Origin: Octopus vulgaris
Lineage: Eukaryota
Direction of reading: 5' to 3'
Assembly (NCBI GenBank): GCA_951406725.2
Contig: OX597843.1
Span: 20,212,001-20,276,000, forward strand
Length of the DNA stretch: 64,000 nucleotides
A program made the translations under genes and the position numbers. The notes beneath the pieces are model-generated. The model saw only the letters and a list, made by a program, of their open reading frames with translations. It ran no database searches and had not been told where the DNA came from. Below, piece by piece: positions 12,929 to 26,559 of the stretch (positions are counted from its first letter, which is position 1; the number at the start of each line of letters is the position of its first letter).

Positions 12929-13739
12929 AAGGTGTACGCAAATTGAAATATATATAAGCTCTGATGCACCGCCTTTCTTATGAACTACCAACGATGTGGC
13001 TTTCAGACGATGCCATGTTGCATTAAATTTTCAACCCTATCTTTTACCTATAAAATCATTTTTTAACTATAATATTTTTGTTTTCTTGATATGAATGTGT
13101 AGCCATGTAAATTTTAAAATGCAATTTTTTTCTCTCCATGGGGTAAATGGAAAAAATATTAAATAATTATTTTAAGATTGCTGTGTATTAAGTCTATAAA
13201 ATCGTACATGAAGTATATAAAGTACATATATAAAGTGCATTAAGTAATCATCGTATTTCAGTTTCCTTCAATTTTCATTGAATAGCAGATGAGAAACATT
13301 CTTTTCATACACACACAACACAGTCTACGCTTTCAGATTTTTTGGATAAATTTTTCAGGAGTCACCGAAAAGTGTTATAATTAATTCCGTGGAATATTCA
13401 TGGAACCCGCTACTGAAATAATAAATGTTGAGTATTAAGAATCAGATAAAGTGAGAAAAGAGGACAATGAGAGAGAAGGGTGAGACGATGATGACAATCA
13501 ATATTATGATGATGATGATGACGAAGATGATGATGATGATGATGACAGCGATAATGTTGATCATAAATACGATGTTGAAGGTTGTTATGATGATGAGGAT
13601 GAATATGACGAGAAAGCGGATGAGAATGTTGATATTGATGTTATCACTGAATATTCAAACAATTCAGATGAAAAAGAAGAGGAGGAGAACAATAGGATGA
13701 AGATGAAATGAAGAATTCCTGCAGATTACTCAATAGTTC

Positions 13740-14270
13740 AACGAAGGTATTTTCTTTTTCGTTGATCTTTAGCTTCATGTTAACATCCACTGGGCAGCTG
13801 ATTTCCACAAGTGTACACAGTTTCTCTCTTCAATCCCAAATCACCATGTCAGGTCTATTATGTTTACATCACATTGGGATTTCCCCTGGGACATTCCGGC
13901 AGCGCTCCATTTTATTGGTAGCGGTTTTAGCTCGCACCATATTGTGGGATTATATTTCTTTATATTTGGAATTATTCTTCCGACGGATTTCATTATACAG
14001 TGTCCTAGCTACATCATGTCACATCGGTAGATAAAATCAAGATGACATTTTCGGACAACTGCTTGTAATATGGGTGATATCTTCGGTGTTACCGCCACGT
14101 AATCTGCATCGGCTGTCACGCTTTACTGTTTTACCTGCCTCTTTGTCCCTTTTGTGCATTAGGTATTTAGTTGATATTTCCTGTTCCTGGATTGCAAACG
14201 GATACCCTTCAAATTAGGAGATAGTAATCCGGTTTTTGGACCATGTATATATGTACGGATGAACCTACCG
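13740..14270 (-). mobile_element. R4/Dong-like non-LTR fragment (zinc knuckle plus restriction-like endonuclease)
   Basis: Minus-strand peptides EGYPFAIQEQEIST, CRLRGGNTEDITHITSSC..HDVAR and NRPDMVIWD..VEISCPVDVN. Confidence 0.75.
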
Positions 14271-15438
14271 TTTATCTCTTCCCTGTGCTAGCCAGTATAA
14301 GGCGACCATACTGGAGTATCACATTAAAAAGTATTACTCGAACAAATCGAACTCATTACTTATTTTTATAAAGTTTGCTACTTATTCTATCAGTCCCTTT
14401 TTCTGAAGCGTTAATTTGCAGAGACGCAAAGAGACCACCACCTTTGAGCTTGTGTTTGTCCCCTACCATCTCTTGACAATATATATGTATATATATCTAA
14501 TACATCAAATCCATTCTGTCTGTCTGTTTCTGCGCTTATAACTCGAGTATTTGTCATCGGATCGCACTGAAATTTTAAACATGGACACATGAGAGAGCAG
14601 GGCGTTCCGTAATCTAAAAAGATTTTCAAAATTGCTGGTTTCAAAATAAGAATCGCTATTTTTGTAATCTTTTCGTCCTGTTTTTCCGCCATTAAAAGCA
14701 ACGAGCTTGTTCAGAGAGCCAGCACATACCATTTAGCTAGCAACAAGTGGGGTACATGATGACAGTCAGCCAAAACCATCGCTATGCTGTCTCTCTTCTT
14801 TCCTCTCTCTGTCTCTCTTATGATGTCTGATTCCACTTGAATTTGTATATATATTATGTTAAGATTCGTTTTCAATTATTTATCCTTATGGAGAAGAAAC
14901 GGACAAAAGTAACCACCACATACAATAAACAAACATCTCCACTACTTTACACCGTTCAAGTTAACCCTCTTCACTTTTGCACCTGACATAAAAAACTACG
15001 CAAAAAAGAGAAAAGATCAATTGCTATTAAAACAGGTAAGATTTTGGTGTTAATAACCTTAACATTTAGTTACAGTTTCTCATTCAAACAACATGATGGG
15101 TAGCATTTTCGAATTAAAACAGTAGGGTTTTTGAGGGAGATTTGGCTGCTATTTCCCCTAGCTACATTGTAGAGGTCTACTTCATTGGCTCATACATAAA
15201 TATATACATACATATATACATAAAATCGAAATAAAATATTTAAAGCAGCTGTCGTCAAATAGAAAAGCCAAGGTCGACAGCTATTATTTTCCAGGAACGC
15301 TGCCGTGATCTCTTTTAGAGAGACTTAGTAATTTTAATATTTCTATTATTGAAAACAAGTGGATGTATTCCACTGAAACTAGGTAAATAAAACCTTCGAA
15401 CAGAGATTGTCAGAAGCGACACCTACTGGTCTGACTAC

Positions 15439-15480
15439 GCTACATTGAAAAGGGGCAATACCCCGAAACGCCCCTGTAGC
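15439..15480 (+). ncRNA. Degenerate minimal type I hammerhead motif (U3-A8 core)
   Basis: GCTACA-TTGAAAA-GGGG caata CCCC-GAAA-CGCCCC-TGTAGC. Stems I and II are perfect, but the cleavage-site U is lost. Confidence 0.55.
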
Positions 15481-15939
15481 TGTCGATCAAGTAGTGTGGA
15501 GCGACTGACCTCCCTTGTTCGAAGGTTATATGGATACAGTTTGTGTATCAAATAGCTAACTTAAGGCGATGGCCTCATGGAGCTAATAAGCGGACAGCTT
15601 TATTCTCATTTGTATAAGAATGCCATATTAGTATGGCGATAACTATTATTCTATATTTTATTTTTCATATACTATCTGCTGTGAATAGCAGAATACACCT
15701 AATCTAATATTAATAATAATAAGATTAGTAATAACTGAATATTATATGTACTTATGGATGTAGATGTGTATGTATGTTTCAGTATATATTTATATATATA
15801 GAGTGGATGTATACTCACCGCTCATGTCTCTTCGAGACATTTAGAAATTTAATATTTCTGATATATATATATATGTATATAATAATAAATATTAGGGAAT
15901 GAATCCAAATTTACAGGGAAAAATCAGATTTCACCGACT

Positions 15940-16152
15940 TTAATCGAGCAACTCGACCCCGGGAGTTATTCGTTGTAAGCCCAGTACTTATTGCATTGGT
16001 CTCTTTTGCCGAACCACTAATTGAGGGTACATAAACACACGTGAATCGGTTGTCAAGCGATGTTGGAGGGACAAACACAGACATACACACGCGCATACAC
16101 ACACACACAGACATACAAACACACGCGCACACACACACACACAGACATACAT

Positions 16153-16185
<33 letters not shown>

Positions 16186-16349
16186 CATATATACGTCGGG
16201 CTTCTTTCAGTTTCCATCTACCAAATACACTCACAAGGATTTGGTCGGCCCGAGGCTATAGTAGAAGACACTCACCCAAGGTGCCACGCAGTGGGTCTGA
16301 ACCCGGAACCATGTGGTTGGTAAACAAGCTACTTGCCACACAGCCACTA
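15940..16349 (-). mobile_element. tRNA-derived SINE family 1, nearly complete
   Basis: The reverse complement reads GTGGCTGTGTGGCAAGTAGCTTG..GGGTTCAGACCC..GAAAGAAGCCCGACG-(TA/TG)n-CGCTTGACAACCG..GGTTCGGCAAAAGAGACC. It is the same family as 647-683 and 4016-4362. Confidence 0.9.
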
Positions 16350-16383
16350 TATATATATAATTATGTATAACCATATATGTATG

Positions 16384-16422
<39 letters not shown>

Positions 16423-16437
16423 GTATATATAAATATG

Positions 16438-16476
<39 letters not shown>

Positions 16477-17113
16477 TTATGTATAACCATATATATGTAT
16501 GTATATATATATATATATATATATACATATGTATATATATATATATGTATGTATATATATATATATATATATAATTAATTATGTATAACCATATATGTGT
16601 GTATGTATGTATGTATGTATGTATATATACATTTATGTACATGAAGCCCACTTACAACTGCAGCCGTCTATTACCAGCAAAGGTTTTAGTTGCCAATTTG
16701 GTACAAGACATTGTAGATCTTTAGCTGGGCCCAAAACTCACGTTCGATCACAGAACCAGTAACAGTTAACCTTCGTGTAATGGCCATACTCGATAACGAG
16801 GGAGCAGCCATAATATATATATATATATTCAAATTGGTGTATTTTGTTTATTTTATATTCATATTTATAATTATTATTGTACTTGATAATCTCTGAGGAA
16901 CCCTGGAGATATATACAAGTACATCATTGTCATCTGCCTATTACCTCAATACACTTGATTTATAAAGGCAGAATGAGATACTTTTATCTATGGGCTGAGA
17001 CAGCTGCAAGTTATTTTACTAATTTATATTCATGTTGTTCAATAATTACTTGTATCCTTTTCTTATATGCTATATGTATGTATGTTATTATAGTTATGTA
17101 TGTTATTATAATT

Positions 17114-20100
17114 AGTTTGTGTTCGATTCGACAGTCTTCCGGCAGCTCCTGCAACCAAGCTGGTGCCAAACGTAATGCTCTGCACTCCTTTGGACTACAT
17201 CAGCAAGGTCGAGAGAAGAATCCTGACGATTGGGCTACCCGGGATTTTCTTATTTCTAGCCCAGGCCTGCGCAAAACTGGAGAAGACCCTTCAGTGCTGC
17301 TGTAAAAAGTGGCAGAAAAAATACGGGAGGTAACAGTCACGAGTGATAAGTTCATTCAAATTGGCGTAAGATATGGGCGCTACGGGTCACCTCTGACGGT
17401 GGGAGGGACCTCCGTGTCCCATTGGTTTGCGACTGCCCACCTCAAGCTGGGCAGCCCCCAGTTAATAAGGTACTGACCCGCCACAGGCCGCCTGCTTCAT
17501 TGGGTGCTTGGAGCTAAGAATTTGACTTGAAAAACGGACTGCAGCCTCTGCACCAGGCAAGCAGCTAAAAGACAAGAAACCACCCGTCCTGCGGTTAGCA
17601 AGCTGGAATGTCAGGACTACGTGCCCTGGCATATCTGATGATCTACTCAGGGTTGAAGACACAAGAAAGACAGCCATCATTAACCGTGAACAAAACAGGC
17701 TTAACATAGACATTACTGGGCTGCAGGAGCCAAGACTCCCTTCAAACGGGAAAGTCAAAGAACAGGATTTCACCTTCTACTGAGCATCTATGCTCCCACT
17801 CTCTACAGCCCAGAGGAGACCAAGGACCAGTTCTACAAAGATCTCAACTGTGTCATTAAAAATATACCAACAAATGAAAACATCTACCTTCTAGGAGATT
17901 CGTGGCCCATTTGTGTTGGACACCTTGATATTGACAACATGAATGACAATGGTCAGAGGCTACTTGAATTTTGCACATACCATGCGCATCACTAACACAT
18001 TCTTTGCCAACAAGACATCACACAAGGCATCTTGGAGAAATCCAAGATCTCACCACAGGCATCAGATGGATCTCATCATTGCACGAAGATTCTTTCTGAA
18101 TTCTGTTCACCTGACCCGTAGTTACCACATAGATCACTCACTAATTGGAAGCATGGTGATGATCCTGCCTAAAAAAGTCCATCACTCCAAGAAAATGGGC
18201 TGACCACGCATTAACACTGCTAGAATCTCGGATCCTACACAGCGAAAATGTTTTGCTGTTTCTATCAAGGTTGCCCTCAGTAGCTGCCCAACCTCCTCTG
18301 CTGAAATTAGGTGGAATTATATCAGGGAAGCTTTGTATACCACATCAATAGATACTTTCGGCATGAGAGAAAGGCAAAACCCAGATTGGTTCAGTGCTGG
18401 GCTCTCAGAGCTGGAACCAGTTATCGAAGCAAAGCGTGCAGCTCTGATGCAATACAAGAGTGATTCTTCTACGAAATCACTCGATGAAATCTGAAAGGCA
18501 AAAAATATAACCCAACTGACAGCCAGACACTGTGCAAATAGGTATTTGGCAGGAAATCTGTCAGAGTATCCAGTCAGCTGCCGACAGTGGCGACACCCGG
18601 TGGGTGTATGCCGGTTTGAATAAGGACCCTCGGCCCATCCGCAACCAAGTCAGCCCCTCTGAAATCAACTACTGGATATCTCATCAAGGACCAAAGCAAG
18701 AAAATGGACAGATGGGTGGAGTACTACCAGGATCTCTACTCATGGGAGACCACGGTAGCTGAGGCTGCAATCGAGAATGTCAAGATCTTGCAAGTCATGT
18801 GAGAACTTCACAGTCCAACATCTATAGCAGAGCTCAACAAGGCTATTGACTCCCTAGCAAGTAACAAGGCTCCGGGAAAAGACGGCATCCACTCAGAGAT
18901 AATCAAAGCCGGCTAAAACACCATCCTGCTTCGGCACCATCATGAGCTTCTGTGTCAGTGCTGGGAAGAGGGTACAGTTCCTCAAGATATGCGGGATGCT
19001 AACATCATTACGCTTTACAAAAACAAAGGTGACTGTGGTGATTGTAACAATTATCGTGGACTATCTCTTCCACGCACTGTTGGAAAGACCTTTGCTCACG
19101 TTATCCTGCCCAGGGTACAACTGCTTGTTTCTCGAATCCATCCGAAATTGCTGTGTGGCTTTAGAAGGAGCAGATCAATTATTGACATGATATTCTCCAT
19201 ACGCCAACTTCAGGAGAAGTCCAGAGAGCAGAAAATACCATTCTATATGGCCTTCATTGGTAAGTAGAAAAGGCCTCTTCATCCTACTCCAAAAAATTGG
19301 ATGTCCACCAAAGCTGCTGAGGATCATCAAGTCTTTCCATGATGATATGCAAGGCAACATACAGCACAATGGTTCAACAACAGCCGCCTTCCAAATAAAA
19401 ACGGAGGAAAGCAAGGTTGTGTCCTTGTTCCTACGTTGGCATCTTCTTCTCGCTATTGCTCTCACATGCCTTTCAGACATCAGATGATGGAGTGTTTCTG
19501 CAGAGTAGAAGTGACGGGAAACTGTTCAATCTCTCGCGCCTGCGTGGCAAGACCAAAATCAGAAGCGTCCTGCTCAGGGAAATGCTATTTGCTGATGATG
19601 CCGCTCTGGTATCACACACAGAAGAAGCCCTAAAAGGCTCATCAGCTGTTGTGAGCAGGCATGTAACGATTTTGGCTTAGCTATCAGCCTCAAGAAGACC
19701 AACATCATGGGTCAGGCTACTCCGGACATCCGAAACACACATATTGGAGACCACAGATTACAGGAGGTGGAGACATTTACCTATCTTGGCTCTACCGTCA
19801 CCTACAACCTATCCCTTGATGTTGAGCTCAATATACGCATTGGCAAGGCAGCTGCTGTGATGGCCCAACTCTCGAAACGAGCATGGGTCAACATTAAGCT
19901 GACCAAGAACACAAAATTGAAGATTTACCAGGCATGTGTACTTAGCACTCTACTGTATGGAAGTGAGACTTGGACGCCATTCACACGCCAAGAGCGTCGC
20001 CTAAATAACTTTCCCTGCGCTGCCTCTGGAAAAGCCTTCGCATCAAATAGCAGAATCATGTCCCCAACAAAGATGTCCTCAAGCAAGCTGGAATACTAAG

Positions 20101-20592
20101 CATGTTTGCACTCCTCACACGTATGAGATGGCTTGGACGTGTTAGCCGTATTCAAGATGGCAGAATCCCCAAGGACATACTCTACGGAGAGCTTGATAGG
20201 GGCACTAGGTGTGCGGGTAGACCGTTCTTACGAGACAAGGATGTTTGCGAAAGGGACATGAAGGCCTGAAACATTAATATTAGCAACTAGGAAGTAGTTG
20301 TCAGCAAACGTGGAGATTGGCGCGTTCCGTAAAAGAGGGAATACAAAGTAGTAGAGGAGAGAAAGGAGAAATGGAAAGGCAAGAAAAGACGTCAACAAGA
20401 AGCTATGACATTACAACTAGCCAGGAAAAGTATTCGCTACATTTGCGGCACCTGCCAAAGGGAGTGTTTGTCCAGGATAGGACTACACAGCCATAGCAGG
20501 AAATGTATTAGGACGTGAAATGTAAAAAGCCGGACTAGATTATTTTATGCGCAACTCCATTGTCTCCCGAGACAAAAAAGATGCCAACAACA
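17114..20592 (+). mobile_element. Full-length but disrupted RTE-clade LINE with 9-bp TSD
   Basis: Motifs LASWNVRT, MRDANIITLYKNKG..NYRGLSL, CGFRRSRS..DMIF, LFADD, FTYLGS, LLYGSETW, RIPKDILYGEL and a C-terminal CxxC..HxxxC. The tail is (CAA)n. ATTATAATT flanks both ends (17105-17113, 20593-20601). Confidence 0.92.
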
Positions 20593-20686
20593 ATTATAAT
20601 TGTCAGTTTAATAAATAAATAAGTTAACATTTATAATGTCCTAAAGTTGATGAGCCAACTATTGTTCTCCTCCATTTTCTTATTTG

Positions 20687-20741
<55 letters not shown>

Positions 20742-20959
20742 TATATCTTGAGTGACAACAACGCTCAAGATATACAACGGACTGGAAATAGAAGTGCTCT
20801 AATGAGCTGTATACACTTTTTCTTATATCCGAGGGGAGGCAATGCGAGCAACATCTACAGGAACATCACAAAATCCACAGAAACACCAAATACATACAAA
20901 TCTTCATATACTCATTTATATCTCTAAAGACCGGCATTTAAAAATTCAAAAATTTAGTA

Positions 20960-22326
20960 ATGTATAAATATATCGTATACAAATATAAATTTTGCATATA
21001 ACACCATGAATCTACGGAGTGGCAACGGCTTGAAATAAGTATTGCAGCCGGATGCACGATATCAGTCGTGATAGTTATGGAAATGCTACTCAGATCTACA
21101 AACTGTGAGAAAGCTGTTACTAAGACACCATTAAGGGCTTTTATGGACGACATAACTATATTATCGTAAATATAGAGAAGAAGCAGAGGGAACGGTAGAG
21201 CGGTTGGACGAACTGATTGGATGGGCAAGGATGAAATTCAAAGCCAAAAACTCTCGAAGCGTGACTTTCGTGAAAGGAAGGCAAGAAGTGAAATTCAGGA
21301 TAGGAAGTGAAGGCATACCAACGGTTAAAGAACAACCAGTAAAGAGTCTCGGCAGATGATCTATAAAGATTTATTAAATGATTAGAAGCAAGGGAAAGAA
21401 ACGCACGAGTTAGTAGAACAAGGATTAAAGGCAATTGACAGAACAACGCTGCCGGGAAAATTCAAATGTTGGATACTGCAATTTGGTCTGTCCCCAAGAA
21501 TAATGTGGCCATTGCAAACGTACGAAATAGCCTCGAGTAGAATAGAAAGGATGGAGCAAAGATGCAGTGTGTTTATCAGAAAATAGCTTGGTCTGCCGAA
21601 ACCACTGAATACAACTGCACTATATGGAAAAGCCGTGCTGCAATTACCAATAACATCAATCGCGCAAGAATATAAGGCAGGAAAGGCAAGGACAGTAATG
21701 ATGCTAAGGTATTCAAAAGATCAGAGCATCCGGGAAAACCCTTCAAAGGTACGAACAGGGAGGAAATGGAAGGCGGAAGAGGCAGTAAACAGGGTTATCG
21801 GAAACCTAAAGCACGCAGATATAGTCGGAGTGACGCAAGAAGCTACAACCAGCCTAGGGTCGCAAAATTTCAGGCCATTTTGCAAGAGCAGTGTAAAAGA
21901 GATGAAAGAGGCAGTGGTATACGAAGTGAGAAAGGAGGAAGAAGAAAGGCAAAATTTACATTTGGTGCCAAACATCAACAGGGACAGTGCCTGAGATGGG
22001 AGGAATATGTGATCAACCGCAGAATATCATGGAAGGAACTTTGGGCTTGGGAACAAGCAAGAACATCTTTCCTGATCAAGTCTACCTTCGACGTTCTACC
22101 TTTACCGGCGAATTTAGCCCGGTGGAACATAAACAAAATTGATGAGTGTAGATGCGGAGAGAAAGCGACGGTTAGACATGTTCTGTCAAGTTGCAGACTA
22201 GCACTTGAAAGAGATACTTGGCAGCATAATCAAGTCCTCAGCGTCATAAGCGCAGCACTCAAGGAGAAGATCGAGAGGTACAATAGGGGAGAGTACCCAA
22301 AAGTAGAAAAGCGCAGGAAAGTATAA
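20960..22326 (+). mobile_element. Hero-like (RLE-type) non-LTR retrotransposon fragment
   Basis: Peptides EWQRLEISIAAGCTIS, AFMDDIT, WARMKFK, PVKSLGR, LPGKFKCW, VRTGRKWKAEEAV, FLIKSTFDVLP and CRCGEKATVRHVLSSC..TWQHNQVL. Confidence 0.8.
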
Positions 22327-22799
22327 ACACGCCGACGGGAAATAACATCAATAGGTGAGACTGGCTGACTGAATCAGCTTCGCTGACTGACAGGTGATGG
22401 TCGTTAAGAATAAGCGCGGGCTAAAACTACGCGCCTTCTCTAGTCAGTTAAGGTGAGACAGTGTCATGTGACAAGTAGCTGGGGCTATGTGGCAGGTATT
22501 TAAAGGGAGAAATTTGACAAGACAGTCAGTCACCGGCTGACACTCGCTGACGATACATCGAAGAGGCCAGGGAAAAGAAGAACGAAGACATGTACCCAAC
22601 ACCAGAGCTGAAGACACCTCCGAAAGGGGGTTCCTGCCACGTCAAAACGGTAGAGGAGTAGGGGCCGAAACCGGACGTGGTTCCTCCTGATGATGTCTTG
22701 AGTTAACTGGATCCTATAAAGGAGCTGTTGGGGTAGCAGACCACGAAACACGGTTGTAATTCCTAAGTATAAATTTGTTACAATAAGAGAAATAAATAG

Positions 22800-25700
22800 A
22801 ATAATAATAAATAAAAATAAACCATACAATGGCAAATTAAAGGACGAATTAAAATTCTAGCGAAATGTACATAGAAGATAATAATTATACAATTTAAAAA
22901 AATATAAGTTTACAAAGATACAGAGAAGTCCCTCTACTGGCCGTTTCGGAGACGCGCCTATTAATATTAGTCAAATCATATACTTAAAATTGGCACACCC
23001 CTCATCAGGATATCCTATACATACAACACATAGTAAACGTGAACAAATACACAATTACATACCGGCCATATTCAGAAACGAGACATTACGTACTCCCAGA
23101 AATTTTTCTCCGATCCTGAATGCTATTTTATATGCATATAATACTATCCAGCAGCTATAGTAAATGGTATGCTCACAGCGCCATCTGGACCATTTCACTT
23201 CTGCACTTATTTTATTTTATTTTTCTTCAATCTTATAAGTTCTCACATACATGCAAAGCCACATATTCGGGTTCAAGTCCTTGACCCTTTTTATACTAAT
23301 AGCTATTTTTTCTTTTAATAATTACATTACTTTAGTTTTATTTCATTCACTTCTTACTATGCTTACTAAATTTAATTCAATTGTTATTGCTGAGCTCTAA
23401 CTTTTATTGCTATTTCTATTTCTAAATTTCTTATAGAACGTCGAGTGGATCTTATGCGTACACGCCGGTATTGCATCAGTGAACTTATTTAACACTGCGT
23501 TGTTGTAATTTTTCAATATAGTATATGCTTCCCTTATGCATAAACCGCATCTAGTGGACCCAATTCTATAAGGGGAGGCATGCACAAGGATAGCCCATGA
23601 TATTTTAAATTCAACATCCCTTTCCTTAAGGTCATTAACATGTAATGCCAATGTTGTAGAGGTCCTATATTTAGGATTGTTGAAAGAGCTCAGGTGGAAC
23701 CGATACCTCTGCTTAAAGTCTACTCTGCTTCCAATATATATTTTTCTCTGGCCTCCTTGAGCCTCAACACTACGGTTTCCTGGCGACAATTTCCGCTAAT
23801 CGGACATACTGATGAGCCCCCTACAATTACATTTCTTCAACCTGCTACGGGGTCTCGAATTACTGATCACTCCGAAACCATGCCCCCTCCCAGTGCTAGG
23901 ATCCACCATATCATTTACACCATCGTTCCTACTATTTTCCGGTATATGTATTGTTATATGTATATGTATTGTTATTCTTACTATTACCATCATTCTTATT
24001 TTTATTTTTAATTTTACTAATATTTGCATTACCATTATCAGTACAATTAACACTATTATTACCACCCTGATAATCATTATAATCACTAATATCATCACCA
24101 ACATCATTATTATGATTATCTCTACTATTTGTCATTCCAATACGCCCTTCATAATCGATTTCAGAAGACGTACTATTAATATTACTACTATCTTCTATGT
24201 CCTTAATGAATTTTCCATTAAAGCTTCTGTCATCATTTCTATCATTATAGCGCCTTATTTTACTTCTGTTCAACGAAGCAACAATAGATACGACATTGGG
24301 AGTGTCTGAGTAGGCCACCTTGATTGTTGACTTGTTACATATTGAATAGTACTTATGGTGTTTTGGGAAAATTTCCTTCAATAACTTTGAAAATAGCTTT
24401 GGTAAACCTTTCACCCTTAATGAAAAGGGAGAGGCAAACCAGGTAACTTGACGAATCCTAGACTTAGTATTAATAATGGGATTACAATATGTTGCTTGAC
24501 TTGAGGTAAGGCCATTCTGTATCTATTAGTAATATTTATATCTTTATTTTTACTACTATTAGTATTATTCTTATTCCTATTTTCACCTTCACTAGACCTA
24601 AGCCCAACTTTAAACCTCAATTCACATTTATGACTCCTATTATTTGCAACCCCTTCCCTCCCGTTGCTGTTATCATCCATGGTATTTTCATCATTACAAT
24701 ACTCATTATTAACCTTATTAACGTGGTTACCATTTACAAAACCAACCACATCACATTTATTTCTCTTATTTCCAAATCTCATTTTATCAGCATAAATATT
24801 GGTCATTATCAGCTTGTTGCGAGTTCCTTGGGGATCATGAGGGGAGCCTCTGCTATCCGAAATCCGTTTCATACCGTCGCTGACCATGCTGGCCAATTTA
24901 ATTTTGAATTTTGAATTGTGTATGTATTCAATATTATTTGTGAACCCACTCAATTTTAAGGCATTGTTGTATATTGGGGCGTGTTGATTAAAGATGTTTT
25001 TCTTCGCCGATATGTTTGAGATTCTGATAGAAATTGCAGTTATAATGCTATTGTTGTTTGATTTGGGATGATTTGAGGAAACATTGATATATCGGAAAGT
25101 TTGGTTTGGTTTTCGGAAAGGGTAGTGTAAGCTAGTATTCAGATAGAGAGTAATATCGAAGAAATTTGCCACTTTAGGATTATTCTCAAAAACGATGCTC
25201 AAATTATAAACGTCCTTGAGAGATTCTCTAAAGTCCTACTTCATTCTTTCAATCTGAGGATTTGAATGATTAGAGAAGATGGATAATGCGTCATCCCAAT
25301 AAATCCCTTCGGATAGAGATTGGAAAAACCGCTTAAACTTGTCTAACAAAAATAGACCAACAATATCCGTTACTTGAGCCGAGTCCGATGATCCCATAGT
25401 GATGTCGAATAAAATAAAAGAATGCGATTTAGACTAGTGGTGCTTTCCATAATTTATCAGAGTCATTCTTGCTGCTTGCATAATATCAATATCTAGATTC
25501 GATATTTCAACAAAGTTCCCGGCTAAAATTATTGCTTTATTCAGTAAGATTGGAGAGATCAAGGAGTTGTAATTCGAAATATCAAATTGTACAAATGAAG
25601 ATGAGTCAGCACATTTAATTGTGTGAAACCTATATAAAACATCATTGGTAGATTCCCATAAGGGCAACATCGTCCTTTCACTTATCACTGGAATAATTCT

Positions 25701-26040
25701 ATCCAATATGGATTTGCTGATTCTACCCAAGTCAGATTTAGTTGGGCAAATTAATCGTATTGACAGTTTGGCAAGAAAATCTTTTTAATGGGCCTTTAGG
25801 GTGCAGTGCGGGGGCTTAGGATCATAAGGTTGCGTGCGGTCAAGGATTCCTAATTCAGAAATTAAGTCGTAGTGTCTATTATTAATGTCAGTAAGAGCCG
25901 ATTATTTGGCGATTTGGTATTTAGCGTGCAGCTCTTTGGATATCAATTTATCATAAGTTTCATAAGGCACTGAATAAAAATTTCCCTTTTTTATCAGAAA
26001 GATGATAGGTCAATACCTTGAAACTCGGGGCCCTGTGTAT
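22800..26040 (-). mobile_element. Penelope-like element (RT plus GIY-YIG), 5'-truncated, with hammerhead-bearing 3' region
   Basis: RT motifs RLICPTKSDLGRISK, FVQFDI, ITMGSSDSA, GIYWDDA and SNHP. GIY-YIG ORF 23397-23789 (IYIGS..FKQRY..H..CGLCIRE..LNK). A hammerhead motif lies at 22930-23015. Confidence 0.9.
22930..23015 (-). ncRNA. Hammerhead-like motif in PLE terminal repeat
   Basis: Minus strand: CTGATGA-GGGGTGTGCC..GGCGCGTCTCC-GAAA-C ggcca G-TA. The core is canonical and stem II is long, but stem I is weak. Confidence 0.6.
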
Positions 26041-26559
26041 CTTAAGTTGAAGACGGGAAGGATGGCTTCCCTTTGCAAATACTGATAGGTCACAGAAAGT
26101 GTGTCTATAGCCAGCTGGAGGAGATGTCTTCCTGGGGCTAAAATCTACAGTAGCATCCACCCTTAGGGGTTAGCCATATTCAAATGGCATATTTACGTCA
26201 CGATATTATATTATTTATATCTTTAAAAAATTGTTTAAATATTTCTGATTATTTTTAAAATATTTCAATTAACATGAAGATTGACTGTAACCATAACACG
26301 AATTATTAATTGAACTTAAATTATTGTTATTCGAATTGGTACAGCCATGAAACGATCGTAGTGTTTTACTCTATCTTTTAATACTTTTGATATTTATAAA
26401 ATAAAAAAAAAAATAAATAAAATAAAATAAAAAAACAACAAAAAAATTAAATAAATAAATAAATAAATAATAAATAAATAATATAAATAAAGAAATATTT
26501 ACATATATATATATATTTAAATTGATAAGTTTAAAGTATTTAAAAACTTTTTTAATTTT

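Noticed and set aside
17114-17500. HDV-like ribozyme in the RTE 5'UTR
   Set aside because: Such ribozymes are known in some RTEs, but I could not assign the nested double pseudoknot here.
22600-22765. Cluster of CTGAAGA, CTGATGA and GAAA motifs after the Hero-like fragment as a hammerhead
   Set aside because: I could not form stems I, II and III simultaneously in any register. It is left unclassified.
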